Origin: Nannocystaceae bacterium ST9
Lineage (GTDB): Bacteria; Myxococcota_A; Polyangia; Nannocystales; Nannocystaceae
Direction: 5' to 3'
Length of the DNA: 64,000 nucleotides
Assembly (NCBI GenBank): GCA_048320885.1
Contig: JBLWFJ010000001.1
Span: 1,605,642-1,669,641 of the forward strand
Made by a program: the position numbers and the translations under genes. Under the pieces are notes generated by a model. The model did not search any database. It saw only the letters and a program-made list of their open reading frames with translations, and had not been told where the DNA came from. This document shows positions 27,677-36,575 of the stretch, one piece after another (position 1 is the stretch's first letter; the number at the start of each line of letters is the position of its first letter).

Positions 27677-28270
27677 TCAATCGATCGCCGCGTACATCAG
27701 GTCGGTGCGCAGCACGTACTTGCAGCCGGAGATCACCGGCCTGCCCTCGTGCAGGTAGCGGTGCTCGAAGCAGAGCGCCAGCCCGGTCGCCGGCACCACC
27801 AGCCCGAGGCCCGGCAGCGAGGTCTGGCCGCCCTCGAAGTCCTCGTTGAGATAGATCAGGAAGCTCATCCGCGAGGTCTCGCTGCGGTCGGGCCGGCGAT
27901 AGTGGCCGTCGGCGTGCAGGGCGAAGCGCTGGCCGGGCTCGTAGCGATAGAAGCGGAGCCGCTCGTTGAACCCGGTCGCGCGCCAGCGGCCCTGCACGAG
28001 CGTGGCCGTCGGCAGGTGTGGGCGGGTCCGCTGCCAGAGCGCGAGCGCCTGCTCGCGACCGTCGATCATCACCCGCTGGTTGTTGCGGATCTCCGGCACG
28101 CGAGCCTCTCGCCCGCCACCGATCTGGATCGGCGCTTCGTCGAAGCCGACGTGCTCGGCGAGCTCGATCCATTCGCGGCACTCGTCGGGCGAGAGCAAGT
28201 GCTCGAGGGTCACGAAGTGCGGCTCGTCGGGGCCGGCATCCTCGGGGGTCACGCGCGTCGTGACGGGCAT
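27677..28270 (-). CDS. 2OG-Fe(II) oxygenase (prolyl 4-hydroxylase-like)
   Basis: HADGHY...RSE...MSFLIYLNEDFEGGQT...H facial-triad pattern of the P4Hc family. Confidence 0.75.
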   Translation of the reverse strand: MPVTTRVTPEDAGPDEPHFVTLEHLLSPDECREWIELAEHVGFDEAPIQIGGGREARVPEIRNNQRVMIDGREQALALWQRTRPHLPTATLVQGRWRATGFNERLRFYRYEPGQRFALHADGHYRRPDRSETSRMSFLIYLNEDFEGGQTSLPGLGLVVPATGLALCFEHRYLHEGRPVISGCKYVLRTDLMYAAID

Positions 28271-28314
28271 GTCGGCAGCGTGGATCGGAACCCCCGACCT
28301 GGCCAGCGCACCCG

Positions 28315-28563
28315 CTAGCGACGCAGCACGAGGCCGACGATCTCGACCCCGCCGGGGTGCTCGGGCGCCTCGCGGATGTCGAGCGCGATGTCGGCCAGCC
28401 CGAGCTCGGCGAGCGCGAGATCGAAGTGCTCGCGCAGGTGCTCGGGCGAGCCACCCGCGAGCGCGCCGAGCCGGACCTCGATGCCGGCCAGCGCGGCGCC
28501 CTGGCGCTCGGCCTCGCTGCGGGCGGTGGCGATCATGCGGCGGATCAGACCGGACTCGTGCAT
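28315..28563 (-). CDS. HypA-like N-terminal domain protein lacking the zinc-finger half
   Basis: MHESGLIRRMIATARSEAERQGA... resembles the HypA N-terminus (MHELSL...). There are no cysteines and the protein ends after 82 aa. Start taken at internal ATG. Confidence 0.45.
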   Translation of the reverse strand: MHESGLIRRMIATARSEAERQGAALAGIEVRLGALAGGSPEHLREHFDLALAELGLADIALDIREAPEHPGGVEIVGLVLRR

Positions 28564-28625
28564 GGATGCGCCATCATGCAACGCGGGTCCGACGTAGTAC
28601 ACTGCGCCGCACCACTCGCTAGGCC

Positions 28626-29156
28626 ATGCAGCTCAACGACATCGAAGCCGAGCTGAGCTACGCGTACCTGCACGCCGTCGCCTCGCACGCGGGCGTCGCC
28701 TGTCAGGCGGCTGCGCGGACCCACGACAACCTCGGCATCGATGCCACGCTGACGCTCGTTCGGGACTTCGGGCCCAAGGCGACACTCTCTCGCATCACCC
28801 TGCACGTCCAATTGAAAGCGACGACGAAGCCGCCTGCGGTGACGAATGGCCGACTCGCCTACTTCCTCAAGGAGATCGAGTACGACCGCCTGCGTCGCGG
28901 CGGCGCCCTGCCTCCGGCGCTCCTCGCCGTGCTCTTCCTCCCCGAAGATCCCTCTGATTGGCTGAGCCACTCGACCGAACGTCTCGCCCTCTCGCGCTGC
29001 GCATATTGGCTGAGCCTCTCCGGCGCACCCGCGAGCAACAACAAGACCGGACAAACCGTCTATTTTCCTCCGGACCAAGTCCTCTCGCCCGATGGCTTGC
29101 AGCGTCTCTTCGAGCGCGTCGCTCACCGCGAGGATCTCCGCTATGTCGTTCCTTGA
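28626..29156 (+). CDS. DUF4365-like protein (predicted PD-(D/E)xK-fold)
   Basis: EAELSYAYLHAVASHAGVA...DNLGIDATLTL...LHVQLKAT matches the DUF4365 consensus (E...D.GID...QLK). GC3 is clearly lower than in flanking genes. Confidence 0.65.
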   Translation: MQLNDIEAELSYAYLHAVASHAGVACQAAARTHDNLGIDATLTLVRDFGPKATLSRITLHVQLKATTKPPAVTNGRLAYFLKEIEYDRLRRGGALPPALLAVLFLPEDPSDWLSHSTERLALSRCAYWLSLSGAPASNNKTGQTVYFPPDQVLSPDGLQRLFERVAHREDLRYVVP

Positions 29157-30273
29157 CAAATCCCTGGCTCGTCAGCTTCGACCGATGGCCATCAAGCAGT
29201 ACGCGGAGTCTCGCGGCTGGTTGCCGATCCCGCTCGAAGCGGCTCGTTTTTGGTTGTTCCGGCACCCCGAACAGACGCTCCAGCAGATCCAGATTCCGAT
29301 GGACGAAGACGACGTCGGCTTCGTCGACGCCATGCGGGATATCGTCCAAACGCTGTCCGAGCTCGAGCGGCGCCCCGAAGACGAGATCGTCGGGGACCTC
29401 CAGTGGCCCGACGCGGACATCCTGCGCGTTCGCGTCGTCAGCCGTGACAGCGAAGCCGGCCAGCTCTCGTTGACCGGCGATGTCGAGTTGCGCGAGGGCA
29501 TTCGACGAGCCCTGCTGGCATCCGCATGCTCGGTGATCACTCCAGCGCGCTTTCATCCTCGTCTCAGCCGCAACGAGGCCGATTCCTTGCTCGCGGCCTG
29601 CCGCGCCGGTCAAACCGAACGCGGCAGCTATGTCGTCAAGGTCATCTGTCCGCTCGATGCCGTCAGGGACGTCGCGGATCAGACCCTGCCCTTCACGCGA
29701 AAGGTGACGACCCACTTGATGACCTCGACTGCGCGCTTGATCGACGACATCGAGCACGATCGACTCGACGAGTATGAAGCGCCCGACAAGCAGACCTTGA
29801 GCTGGAACCTCTGCGACGCGCTGCTGCGCATGCGACCCGAGCGAGATGCGGGCCACATCGACATCTTGGCTCATTGGGCCGCCGATCGCCGCTTTCCACC
29901 CGAGGCGCCCGCGCGCGTCTCGATCAAGGCCGAGTACTTCTCGGCGATCGAGACGATCGCCGGAGTCCTGCGCCCGAGCGCCAGCGTGCCCAAGGAAGAG
30001 CAGCTCGTCGGCACGGTCGAGCAGCTGGCCGGCGTCGTGGGTGAGGATGGTCGTCGGGCTGGCGAGGTCCAATTCACCGTGTTCAAGGACGGCGAATCGG
30101 TGCGAACGAAGGCCATGCTCGATGTCGATCAGTACGAGGTGGCGATGCGCGCACACCAAGAAGGCAACGCGCTCGTGGTCCTGCATGGCATATTGTATCG
30201 GGGCTCGCGGATCAGCTGGGTCAAGCCAGTCAGCCGCCTGCAACCACTCGGTGATCAATCAAGCGGCGACTGA
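29140..30273 (+). CDS. Hypothetical protein (378 aa), partner of the DUF4365-like gene
   Basis: ATG MSFLDKSL overlaps the upstream gene by 17 nt. Same atypical codon usage. No recognisable motif. Confidence 0.6.
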   Translation, partial: AMSFLDKSLARQLRPMAIKQYAESRGWLPIPLEAARFWLFRHPEQTLQQIQIPMDEDDVGFVDAMRDIVQTLSELERRPEDEIVGDLQWPDADILRVRVVSRDSEAGQLSLTGDVELREGIRRALLASACSVITPARFHPRLSRNEADSLLAACRAGQTERGSYVVKVICPLDAVRDVADQTLPFTRKVTTHLMTSTARLIDDIEHDRLDEYEAPDKQTLSWNLCDALLRMRPERDAGHIDILAHWAADRRFPPEAPARVSIKAEYFSAIETIAGVLRPSASVPKEEQLVGTVEQLAGVVGEDGRRAGEVQFTVFKDGESVRTKAMLDVDQYEVAMRAHQEGNALVVLHGILYRGSRISWVKPVSRLQPLGDQSSGD

Positions 30274-30711
30274 GCCGACGATTTCACGAACCCGCGCCTC
30301 GAGATCGGCCGAGCTCGCGACCAGCTCGGGCGAGACCTCGCCGCCGAGCTCGAAGCGCCCGCCCTCGATCCCGAGAAACTCCCCCTCCGGCAGTCGCCGG
30401 CCCAGCGCGCGCGCCAGCTCCAGCGCCTCCGCGGGCCCGAACCCGTGCGACGAGAGCTGGGCGAGCGCCTTGGCGTGCTCGGGCAGCTCGGCGAGCGTGA
30501 AGTGATGCAGGGTGCCGGGTGCCCGCCCGCTGACGACGACGTCGAGCAGCAGCACGCGATCGTCGGTGTCGAGCAAGTCGAGCAGGCCCGCGCCCGGTCG
30601 ACCGGCGAGCACGAGCGCGACGCTCGGGTCGCCCGCGAACATTCGCTCGGCGAGCGCGAGCATGAAGCCGTCGTCGCCGCGCATCGCCGAGCCCAGGGCG
30701 ATCACTCGCAC
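30259..30711 (-). CDS. Hydrogenase maturation protease (HycI/HoxW/HyaD family)
   Basis: GTG start VRVIALGSAMRGDDGFMLALAE carries the GxxxxGDDGxG motif. Overlaps the large-subunit gene end by 10 nt. Confidence 0.8.
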   Translation of the reverse strand: MRVIALGSAMRGDDGFMLALAERMFAGDPSVALVLAGRPGAGLLDLLDTDDRVLLLDVVVSGRAPGTLHHFTLAELPEHAKALAQLSSHGFGPAEALELARALGRRLPEGEFLGIEGGRFELGGEVSPELVASSADLEARVREIVGSVAA

Positions 30712-32024
30712 CGCTCGATCTCCAGGCGCAGGAAGTGGGTCGCGCACGAGATGCAGGGGTCGTAGGCCCGGATCACGCGCTCGCACAGCGCGGTCGCCTC
30801 GGCGTGGTCGAGCGCGATCAGGCGGGGCGCGAGGCCGATCAGATCCTGCTCGATCCGGGCTTGGTTCTGCGAGGTCGGCGGAACGATCCGGGCGTCGCGG
30901 ATCAGCCCGCGATCGTCGAGCTCGTAGCGGTGCCAGCACAGCCCGCGCGGGGCCTCGGTGCAGCCGATGCCCACGCCCGCGCGCAGCGAGCTCGGCTCGA
31001 CGAAGGCCGGCTCGACCCGCGTGGTGTAGCGGTCGACGATGTCGAGCGCCTCGGCGAGGGCGTGGACGATCTCGATCGAGCGCACGACGATCGAGCGATG
31101 CGGGTTGTCGACCGGCAGGCGCAGGCCCGAGCGCTCGAGCGCCGCCTGGGCGCGCGGATGCAGCTTGTCGGCGCCATGGTTGATGCGCGCGAGCGGGCCG
31201 ACCAGGTAGGGCCGGCCGGTGTCGCGCAGGCGCGACTGCAAGGCGTTCGAGTGATCGACCTGGTGCTCGTCGACACGATCGAGCCAGTCGTCGACCGCGA
31301 CCTGCTCGGCGGGACCGCGGCCGTCGCCGAGCAGGATCACGTCGCCCCACTCGAGCGGGTAGGCGTCGCCGCTCAGCGCCGCGAACAGGTAATCTTGCGG
31401 GTGATCGGGCATCGCCAGCGTGGCGGTCCACTCGACCGTCGCCTCGGCCTCGTCGAGCGCACGGGCGAGCTCGGGTCGCAGGACCTGCAGCTCGGCCGGC
31501 GTGGGCGTGCGCGAGAACCCGCCGATCCGCGGCGAGACCGGGTGGATCGCTCGCCCGCCCAACACCTCGAGGATCCGGTTGCCGACCTTCTTGATCCGCA
31601 GGCCTCGCTCGACCAGCTCGCGGTGCTGGCCGGCCATAGCGATCGCGCTCTCGAACCCGAGAAAGTCGGGCGCGTGCAGCATGAACACGTGCAGCGCGTG
31701 GCTCTCGATCCACTCGCCGCAGTAGATCAATCGTCGCAGCGCGCGGATGCCCGGGCTGGGCGGATCGAGGCCGAGCGCCCGCTCGAGCGCTCGCGCGGCC
31801 CCGAGCTGATAGGCGATCGGACAGATCCCGCAGATCCGCGCGACGATGTCGGGCACCTCGTCGTACGAGCGCCCGCGCAGCAGCGCCTCGAAGTAGCGCG
31901 GGGCCTCGAAGATCTGCAGCTTGGCCTCCAGCACCTCGCCCTGCTCGCCGAGCCGCAGCCAGAAGCGGCCCTCGCCCTCGACCCGCGCGAGCATCTCGAC
32001 TCGATACACTCGCTCTTCGCTCAC
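30702..32024 (-). CDS. [NiFe]-hydrogenase large (alpha) subunit, group 3-like
   Basis: N-terminal RICGICP and C-terminal DPCISCATH nickel-binding motifs. GTG start overlaps the small-subunit stop (GTGA). 440 aa. Confidence 0.9.
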   Translation of the reverse strand: MSEERVYRVEMLARVEGEGRFWLRLGEQGEVLEAKLQIFEAPRYFEALLRGRSYDEVPDIVARICGICPIAYQLGAARALERALGLDPPSPGIRALRRLIYCGEWIESHALHVFMLHAPDFLGFESAIAMAGQHRELVERGLRIKKVGNRILEVLGGRAIHPVSPRIGGFSRTPTPAELQVLRPELARALDEAEATVEWTATLAMPDHPQDYLFAALSGDAYPLEWGDVILLGDGRGPAEQVAVDDWLDRVDEHQVDHSNALQSRLRDTGRPYLVGPLARINHGADKLHPRAQAALERSGLRLPVDNPHRSIVVRSIEIVHALAEALDIVDRYTTRVEPAFVEPSSLRAGVGIGCTEAPRGLCWHRYELDDRGLIRDARIVPPTSQNQARIEQDLIGLAPRLIALDHAEATALCERVIRAYDPCISCATHFLRLEIERCE

Positions 32025-32809
32025 GACTTCGACTCCTGGCGCTCGCTCTCGGCTCGGAACGCCTCGGACCAGCCGGTGATCAAGCGATGCACGCGGACCA
32101 GCTGCTCGTGCGGGCGGCCTTGCACGGCGTGGAAGTGATCGGCGAGCGAGGCCGTGTTGGCGTGCTCCTTGGGCCCGAAGCAGCCGAAGCAGCCGCGGCT
32201 GAACTTCGGACACAGCGCCCCGCAGCCGGCGTGGGTGACCGGGCCCAGGCAGGCCTGATCGCCGACGACCATCACGCAGACGTTCCCGGCCCGCTTGCAC
32301 TCCATGCACACGCTCTCGTCGGCGATGTCGGGTCGGCGACCCGCGAGCGTGGCCGAGATCAGCTCGAGCAGCTGGAATTTGGAGATCGGGCAGCCGCGCA
32401 GTTCGAAGTCGACGGGCACGTGGGCCGCGACCGCGGTCGAGGTCGCCAGGCTGGCGACGTAGTCGGGCCGGGCGTACACGACCCGGGCGAACTCGGCGTG
32501 GTCGGAGAAATTGCGCAGCGCCTGCACGCCGCCCGCGGTCGCGCACGCGCCGATCGTGATCAGCTTGCTCGCCCGGGCTCGAATCTCGCGCAGCTCGATC
32601 AACTGTTCGGGCGTCGACACCGAGCCCTCGACGAGCACGAGATCGAAGCGATCGTGCGCATCGGCGATCGGCCCGGCCTCGGGGAAGTGCACGATGTCGA
32701 TCGCCCCGGCGATCGCCAGCAGCTCGTCCTCGAGATCGAGCAGGGTCAGCTGGCAGCCGTCGCACGAGGCCAGCTTGAACACACCCAGTCGTGGTCGTCG
32801 ATCGGCCAT
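32021..32809 (-). CDS. [NiFe]-hydrogenase small (delta) subunit, group 3-like
   Basis: KLASCDGCQ, IGACATAGG, CPKFSRGCFGCFGP FeS-cluster motifs. 262 aa. Confidence 0.9.
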   Translation of the reverse strand: MADRRPRLGVFKLASCDGCQLTLLDLEDELLAIAGAIDIVHFPEAGPIADAHDRFDLVLVEGSVSTPEQLIELREIRARASKLITIGACATAGGVQALRNFSDHAEFARVVYARPDYVASLATSTAVAAHVPVDFELRGCPISKFQLLELISATLAGRRPDIADESVCMECKRAGNVCVMVVGDQACLGPVTHAGCGALCPKFSRGCFGCFGPKEHANTASLADHFHAVQGRPHEQLVRVHRLITGWSEAFRAESERQESKS

Positions 32810-32811
32810 GG

Positions 32812-34794
32812 CTAGAACCCCTCGTGCCCGAGCAGACCGCCGAGCTGATCGCGGCGAAACACCGGACCGTCCTTGCACACGAAGTGCGGGCCGAATTGAC
32901 AGCGCCCGCACAGGCCGACGGCGCACTTCATGTTGCGCTCGATCGAGAGCCAGATCCGCTCGGCCGGCACGCCGATCTGGTCGAGCTCGCGCAGCACGAA
33001 GTGCATCATGTTGTCGGGCCCGCAGACCAGGTAGGCCGCGTCGGTCGAGAGCCGCTTGCGGCGGATCAGCGTGGTCACCACGCCGACGTGGCCGGTCCAG
33101 CCCGGCGCCGCGCGATCGACCGTGACGTGGACCTTGCAGTGGCGATGCTCGCGTTGCCAGGCGAGCAGCTCGTGGTCGAAGAGCAGCTCGCTCGGGCTGC
33201 GCGCGCCGTAGAGCACGCGCACGAAGGGGAAGAGCTCGGGCTCGGCGAGCGCCTGACGGATCGCTCCACGCAGCGGCGCGAGCCCGAGGCCGCCGGCGAT
33301 CACGACCAGCTCGCGCCCGCGCAGCTCGGCCAGCGGCCAGCCGCGACCGAAGGGTCCGCGCAGCGTGAGCTCGTCGCCGACGCGCAGCTCGGCCAGCGCG
33401 GTCGTGGTCGCACCGACCGCGCGCAGCGTGTGTTGCAGCAGCGCGCCCTGCTGACCCGACATCGAGATCGGGACCTCGCCGATCGCCGGCAGGCCGAGCA
33501 TCGCGAACTGTCCGGCCCGCGCTTCGATGCGCTCGTCGGGCTCGATCTCCAGCGTGACCACGCCGGGGATCTCGGCCTTCACCGCGCGCACGCGAGCGAC
33601 CTGCGGCAGCATCGGATCGCCACCGACGACCGCGGGCTCGCTCGAGCGCGCGGGCGAGAGCGGGAGCACCGGCGCGCGCGTGCTGGCGCCCTCGCGCAGG
33701 GCCGCGAGCTCCTCGGTCACGTCGATCCCGACCGGGCACCAGGCGATGCAGCGACCACAGCCCACGCACCCGCTGCTGCCGAACTGCGCGACCCAGCTGC
33801 CGAACTTGTGGGTCAACCACTGCCGGTAACGCTGGCGAGTCTCGGCCTGAAACTGCGCGCCGTGGATCCGCGAGTGCTCGTCGGAGAAGCACGAGTCCCA
33901 CACCCGCTCGCGCTCGGGCTCGCGGTCGAGCGGGGCGACCTCCTCGACCCGATGACAAAAGCAGGTCGGGCAGACCTGCGTGCAGTTGCCACACGCCAGG
34001 CAGCGCTCGGCGACCTGCTGCCAGCGCGGATGATCGAGGTTGGCGAAGAGCAGCGCGGGCAGGTCGGTGGTGTCGAGCGTGCGGCCCATCGCGGCCGCCG
34101 AGCGAGCCAGCGCCTGCGAACGCCAGGTGGTCGCCTCGTCGTCGGCCTCGCGCCGCTCGAGCTGCTCGGCGATCACCCGCCCGCGCTCGCTGCCGACCTC
34201 GAGCACGAAGCGGTGGCCCTCGTCGTCGAGCCGCTCGGTCAGGCGCAGGTCGTAGTCGGCCTCGACCGCCGGCCCGGTCTGCATGCTCGTGCAAAAGCAG
34301 AGCCCGCCGGGCTCGAGGCACTCGACCGCGACCACGAAGGCCCGCTCGCGCCTCGCCTGCACGCGAGGGTCGCGATGCTCGCCCGAGGTCCAGACCTCGC
34401 CCTGGATCCGCATCGCCGCAACCTCGCAGGCTCGCACGCCGATCAGCGCGACCGGCCGCTCGTCGGCCTCGGAGATCGCCGTGATCGTCAGCGCTCCCCG
34501 GCCCTCGGGCGTGTGCCGACGAATCTGGACCAGGGGCTCGCGCGGCGGGGTCAGGTGAGCGCGTGGCCCCTGCGGACCGAGCACGTAGCCGAAGTAGGCC
34601 GCGTCGTCGCGCCGCGCGATCCGATAGCGACCGGGCGACTGCACGTCGGTCCACCCGATCGGGAGGTCTTCGGCCCCGCGCAGCTCGGCGTGGACGATCG
34701 CTCCGTCGCGCAGCGTGGGCCCGAGCAGGCGATGGCCTCGCTCGCGCAGCAGCTCGAGCAAGCGGGCCAGCTCGCGCGCCTCGAGGATCTGCAC
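32812..34794 (-). CDS. Fused hydrogenase beta (4Fe-4S) and gamma (FAD/NAD(P)-binding, 2Fe-2S) subunit, sulfhydrogenase-like
   Basis: [16 protein letters not shown] and [12 protein letters not shown] ferredoxin motifs. C-terminal flavin-reductase-like region ([26 protein letters not shown]). Confidence 0.85.
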   Translation of the reverse strand: MQILEARELARLLELLRERGHRLLGPTLRDGAIVHAELRGAEDLPIGWTDVQSPGRYRIARRDDAAYFGYVLGPQGPRAHLTPPREPLVQIRRHTPEGRGALTITAISEADERPVALIGVRACEVAAMRIQGEVWTSGEHRDPRVQARRERAFVVAVECLEPGGLCFCTSMQTGPAVEADYDLRLTERLDDEGHRFVLEVGSERGRVIAEQLERREADDEATTWRSQALARSAAAMGRTLDTTDLPALLFANLDHPRWQQVAERCLACGNCTQVCPTCFCHRVEEVAPLDREPERERVWDSCFSDEHSRIHGAQFQAETRQRYRQWLTHKFGSWVAQFGSSGCVGCGRCIAWCPVGIDVTEELAALREGASTRAPVLPLSPARSSEPAVVGGDPMLPQVARVRAVKAEIPGVVTLEIEPDERIEARAGQFAMLGLPAIGEVPISMSGQQGALLQHTLRAVGATTTALAELRVGDELTLRGPFGRGWPLAELRGRELVVIAGGLGLAPLRGAIRQALAEPELFPFVRVLYGARSPSELLFDHELLAWQREHRHCKVHVTVDRAAPGWTGHVGVVTTLIRRKRLSTDAAYLVCGPDNMMHFVLRELDQIGVPAERIWLSIERNMKCAVGLCGRCQFGPHFVCKDGPVFRRDQLGGLLGHEGF

Positions 34795-35265
34795 TCAGCC
34801 GCCTCCGTAGAGATCGAGCATGTGCACGCGCGCGTCGGCCAGCCGCTGGGCGACGACCTCGAACGCGTGCTGCATGACGAAGTAGCCGAGCTCGTGGTCG
34901 AGCTCGCACAGCTCGCGCAGCGCCGCGGCCGGGAACGCCAGGCAGTGGCTGAGCTTGGCCGCGCGCGCCGTGGTCGTCCACGCGACCGAGCTGCCGCGGC
35001 CGAGCAGCGCCGACCACCCGAGCAGATCGCCGCGACTGAGCGCCGCGAGGATCATCGGCGGCCGACCGGGCACGCTGAGCTCGAGCGAGATTCGACCGTC
35101 GACCACGATCCGCAGCGTGTCGGCGAGCTCGCCCTCGTGAAACAGCTCGCTGCCTTGCTCGTGTCGCTCGAGCGTGCCGATCCCGGCCAGTCGCTCGAGA
35201 TGTCCGCGTCCGAGCGCCTCGCCGATCGGCAGGCGCAGCAGCTCGGCGAGGACGTCGTCGGCCAT
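34795..35265 (-). CDS. Cyclic nucleotide-binding domain protein
   Basis: cNMP-binding-like fold (GELADTLRIVVDGRISLE...RAAKLSHCLAF). Its stop abuts the hydrogenase beta-gamma start, so it is the first gene of the operon. Confidence 0.7.
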   Translation of the reverse strand: MADDVLAELLRLPIGEALGRGHLERLAGIGTLERHEQGSELFHEGELADTLRIVVDGRISLELSVPGRPPMILAALSRGDLLGWSALLGRGSSVAWTTTARAAKLSHCLAFPAAALRELCELDHELGYFVMQHAFEVVAQRLADARVHMLDLYGGG

Positions 35266-35315
35266 GCCCGCGCACCCTAGCAGCCTCACGCGCGCTCGGG
35301 CCGGAAAAGCGTGCG

Positions 35316-36116
35316 TCAGTCGCTCGAGCGGACGAGGATCGCCTTGCCGTAGCTCATGCCGAAGCCGAGCCGCATCGCGTTGCGCTCGGTCGAGGTCCCG
35401 GGCCGCGAGCCGATGGTCGCGATCTTGCAACCATGCTCGCTCGCCCGCGCGAGCCGAGCCAGCATCAGCGCCTGCTGGACCCCGCGCTGGCGAAATTGCG
35501 GGAGCACCGAGGTGCCCGACAGGTGGGCGACGTCGACGTCGAGGTCCATCGAGCCCGCGCCCGCGGGCACGCCATCGAGCAGGGCCACATAGGCCCGCGT
35601 GTGCGCCAGCGTGATCGAGCGACGCGCGATGTCGATGATCAGCTCGGGGATCACGTGATCCGGCGGAAAGAACCCGCTCATCGAGACGCGCACGCCGAGC
35701 TCGACCTCGGCCGGATCGCTGCGATCGAGCTCGCGGACCTCGAGCTTGGCCGGCCAGCCGAGCGGCGGCTCGGGCAGCGGCTCGCGGCGCTCGAGCGGGC
35801 GATGGAGCAGCTGCTTGAACTCGCGCAGCGCGAAGCCTCGCCGAGCCAGCCCCGCGATCAGGCTCGAGTCGACGTAGGGGCACAGCTCGATCGACGCCGG
35901 CACCTCGCGCTCGCGATAGAACTGGACCAGGCCGTCGAGCTCGGCGTCGCGGACCGGCCCGGCGAGCCCCGCGTTCAACACCCGATTGTGAAAGGTGCCC
36001 GGCCCCGAGTAGCCCGCCACGCCGCCGGCGAAGGGCCGAGACTCCTCGACCAGCTCGCCGAGCTGGCGAGCGGCGCGAGCCTCTTCGAGCGTGGCGACGT
36101 CGCGAAAGCTCAGCAT
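35316..36116 (-). CDS. GNAT-family N-acetyltransferase
   Basis: Motif A QFRQRGVQQALM (Q/RxxGxG/A). Confidence 0.65.
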   Translation of the reverse strand: MLSFRDVATLEEARAARQLGELVEESRPFAGGVAGYSGPGTFHNRVLNAGLAGPVRDAELDGLVQFYREREVPASIELCPYVDSSLIAGLARRGFALREFKQLLHRPLERREPLPEPPLGWPAKLEVRELDRSDPAEVELGVRVSMSGFFPPDHVIPELIIDIARRSITLAHTRAYVALLDGVPAGAGSMDLDVDVAHLSGTSVLPQFRQRGVQQALMLARLARASEHGCKIATIGSRPGTSTERNAMRLGFGMSYGKAILVRSSD

Positions 36117-36149
36117 GCGCGCGGCGATGATATCCTCGAATCACGCCCC

Positions 36150-36569
36150 ATGTACCGCGTCGCGCACGAGATCGGTCGCCTGGTCGAGATCGCCATCTGG
36201 ACGCCGGTGTCGATCGCGGAGACCGAGCGCTGGGGTGCCGACCACGATCGCGTGATCGAGGGTGTCGGCCAGCCCTACGTGTGCTTCGTCGATCTGCGCG
36301 GCGCCAAGCTCTTCCCGCAGGAGGTCGTCGAAGCCTACGTCTCGACCATGCGCGCCGAGCAGCAGCTCGTCCGCACGGCCACGCTGCTGCCCGAGTCGCC
36401 GCTGGTCGCCTTGCAGATCGGTCGGATGATCCGCCAGGCCGGGCATCCGCAGCGGCGGGCGTTCGAGCTCGCCGACGAGGCCACGGCGTGGTTGAGCGAG
36501 GTGTTGGATCCGCGCGAGCGAGCCCGGCTGCGCAGCATCGTCGACGCGCCGGTCTGGCGGCAGACCTGA
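36150..36569 (+). CDS. Hypothetical protein
   Basis: Clean high-GC3 frame from ATG MYRVAHEIG. 139 aa. The upstream part of the listed ORF is antisense junk. Confidence 0.5.
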   Translation: MYRVAHEIGRLVEIAIWTPVSIAETERWGADHDRVIEGVGQPYVCFVDLRGAKLFPQEVVEAYVSTMRAEQQLVRTATLLPESPLVALQIGRMIRQAGHPQRRAFELADEATAWLSEVLDPRERARLRSIVDAPVWRQT

Positions 36570-36575
36570 GCTCGA

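Noticed and set aside
30702-32024. [NiFeSe] hydrogenase, prompted by the nearby selC
   Set aside because: The C-terminal motif is DPCISCATH with Cys, not an in-frame TGA. This is a standard [NiFe] large subunit.
32021-35275. 1084-aa minus ORF spanning the hydrogenase small subunit and upstream regions, plus 34795..36792 (665 aa)
   Set aside because: These are artefactual read-throughs in alternative frames. The real genes are the 262-aa small subunit, the 660-aa beta-gamma subunit and the 156-aa cNMP-binding protein, resolved by motifs and internal starts.
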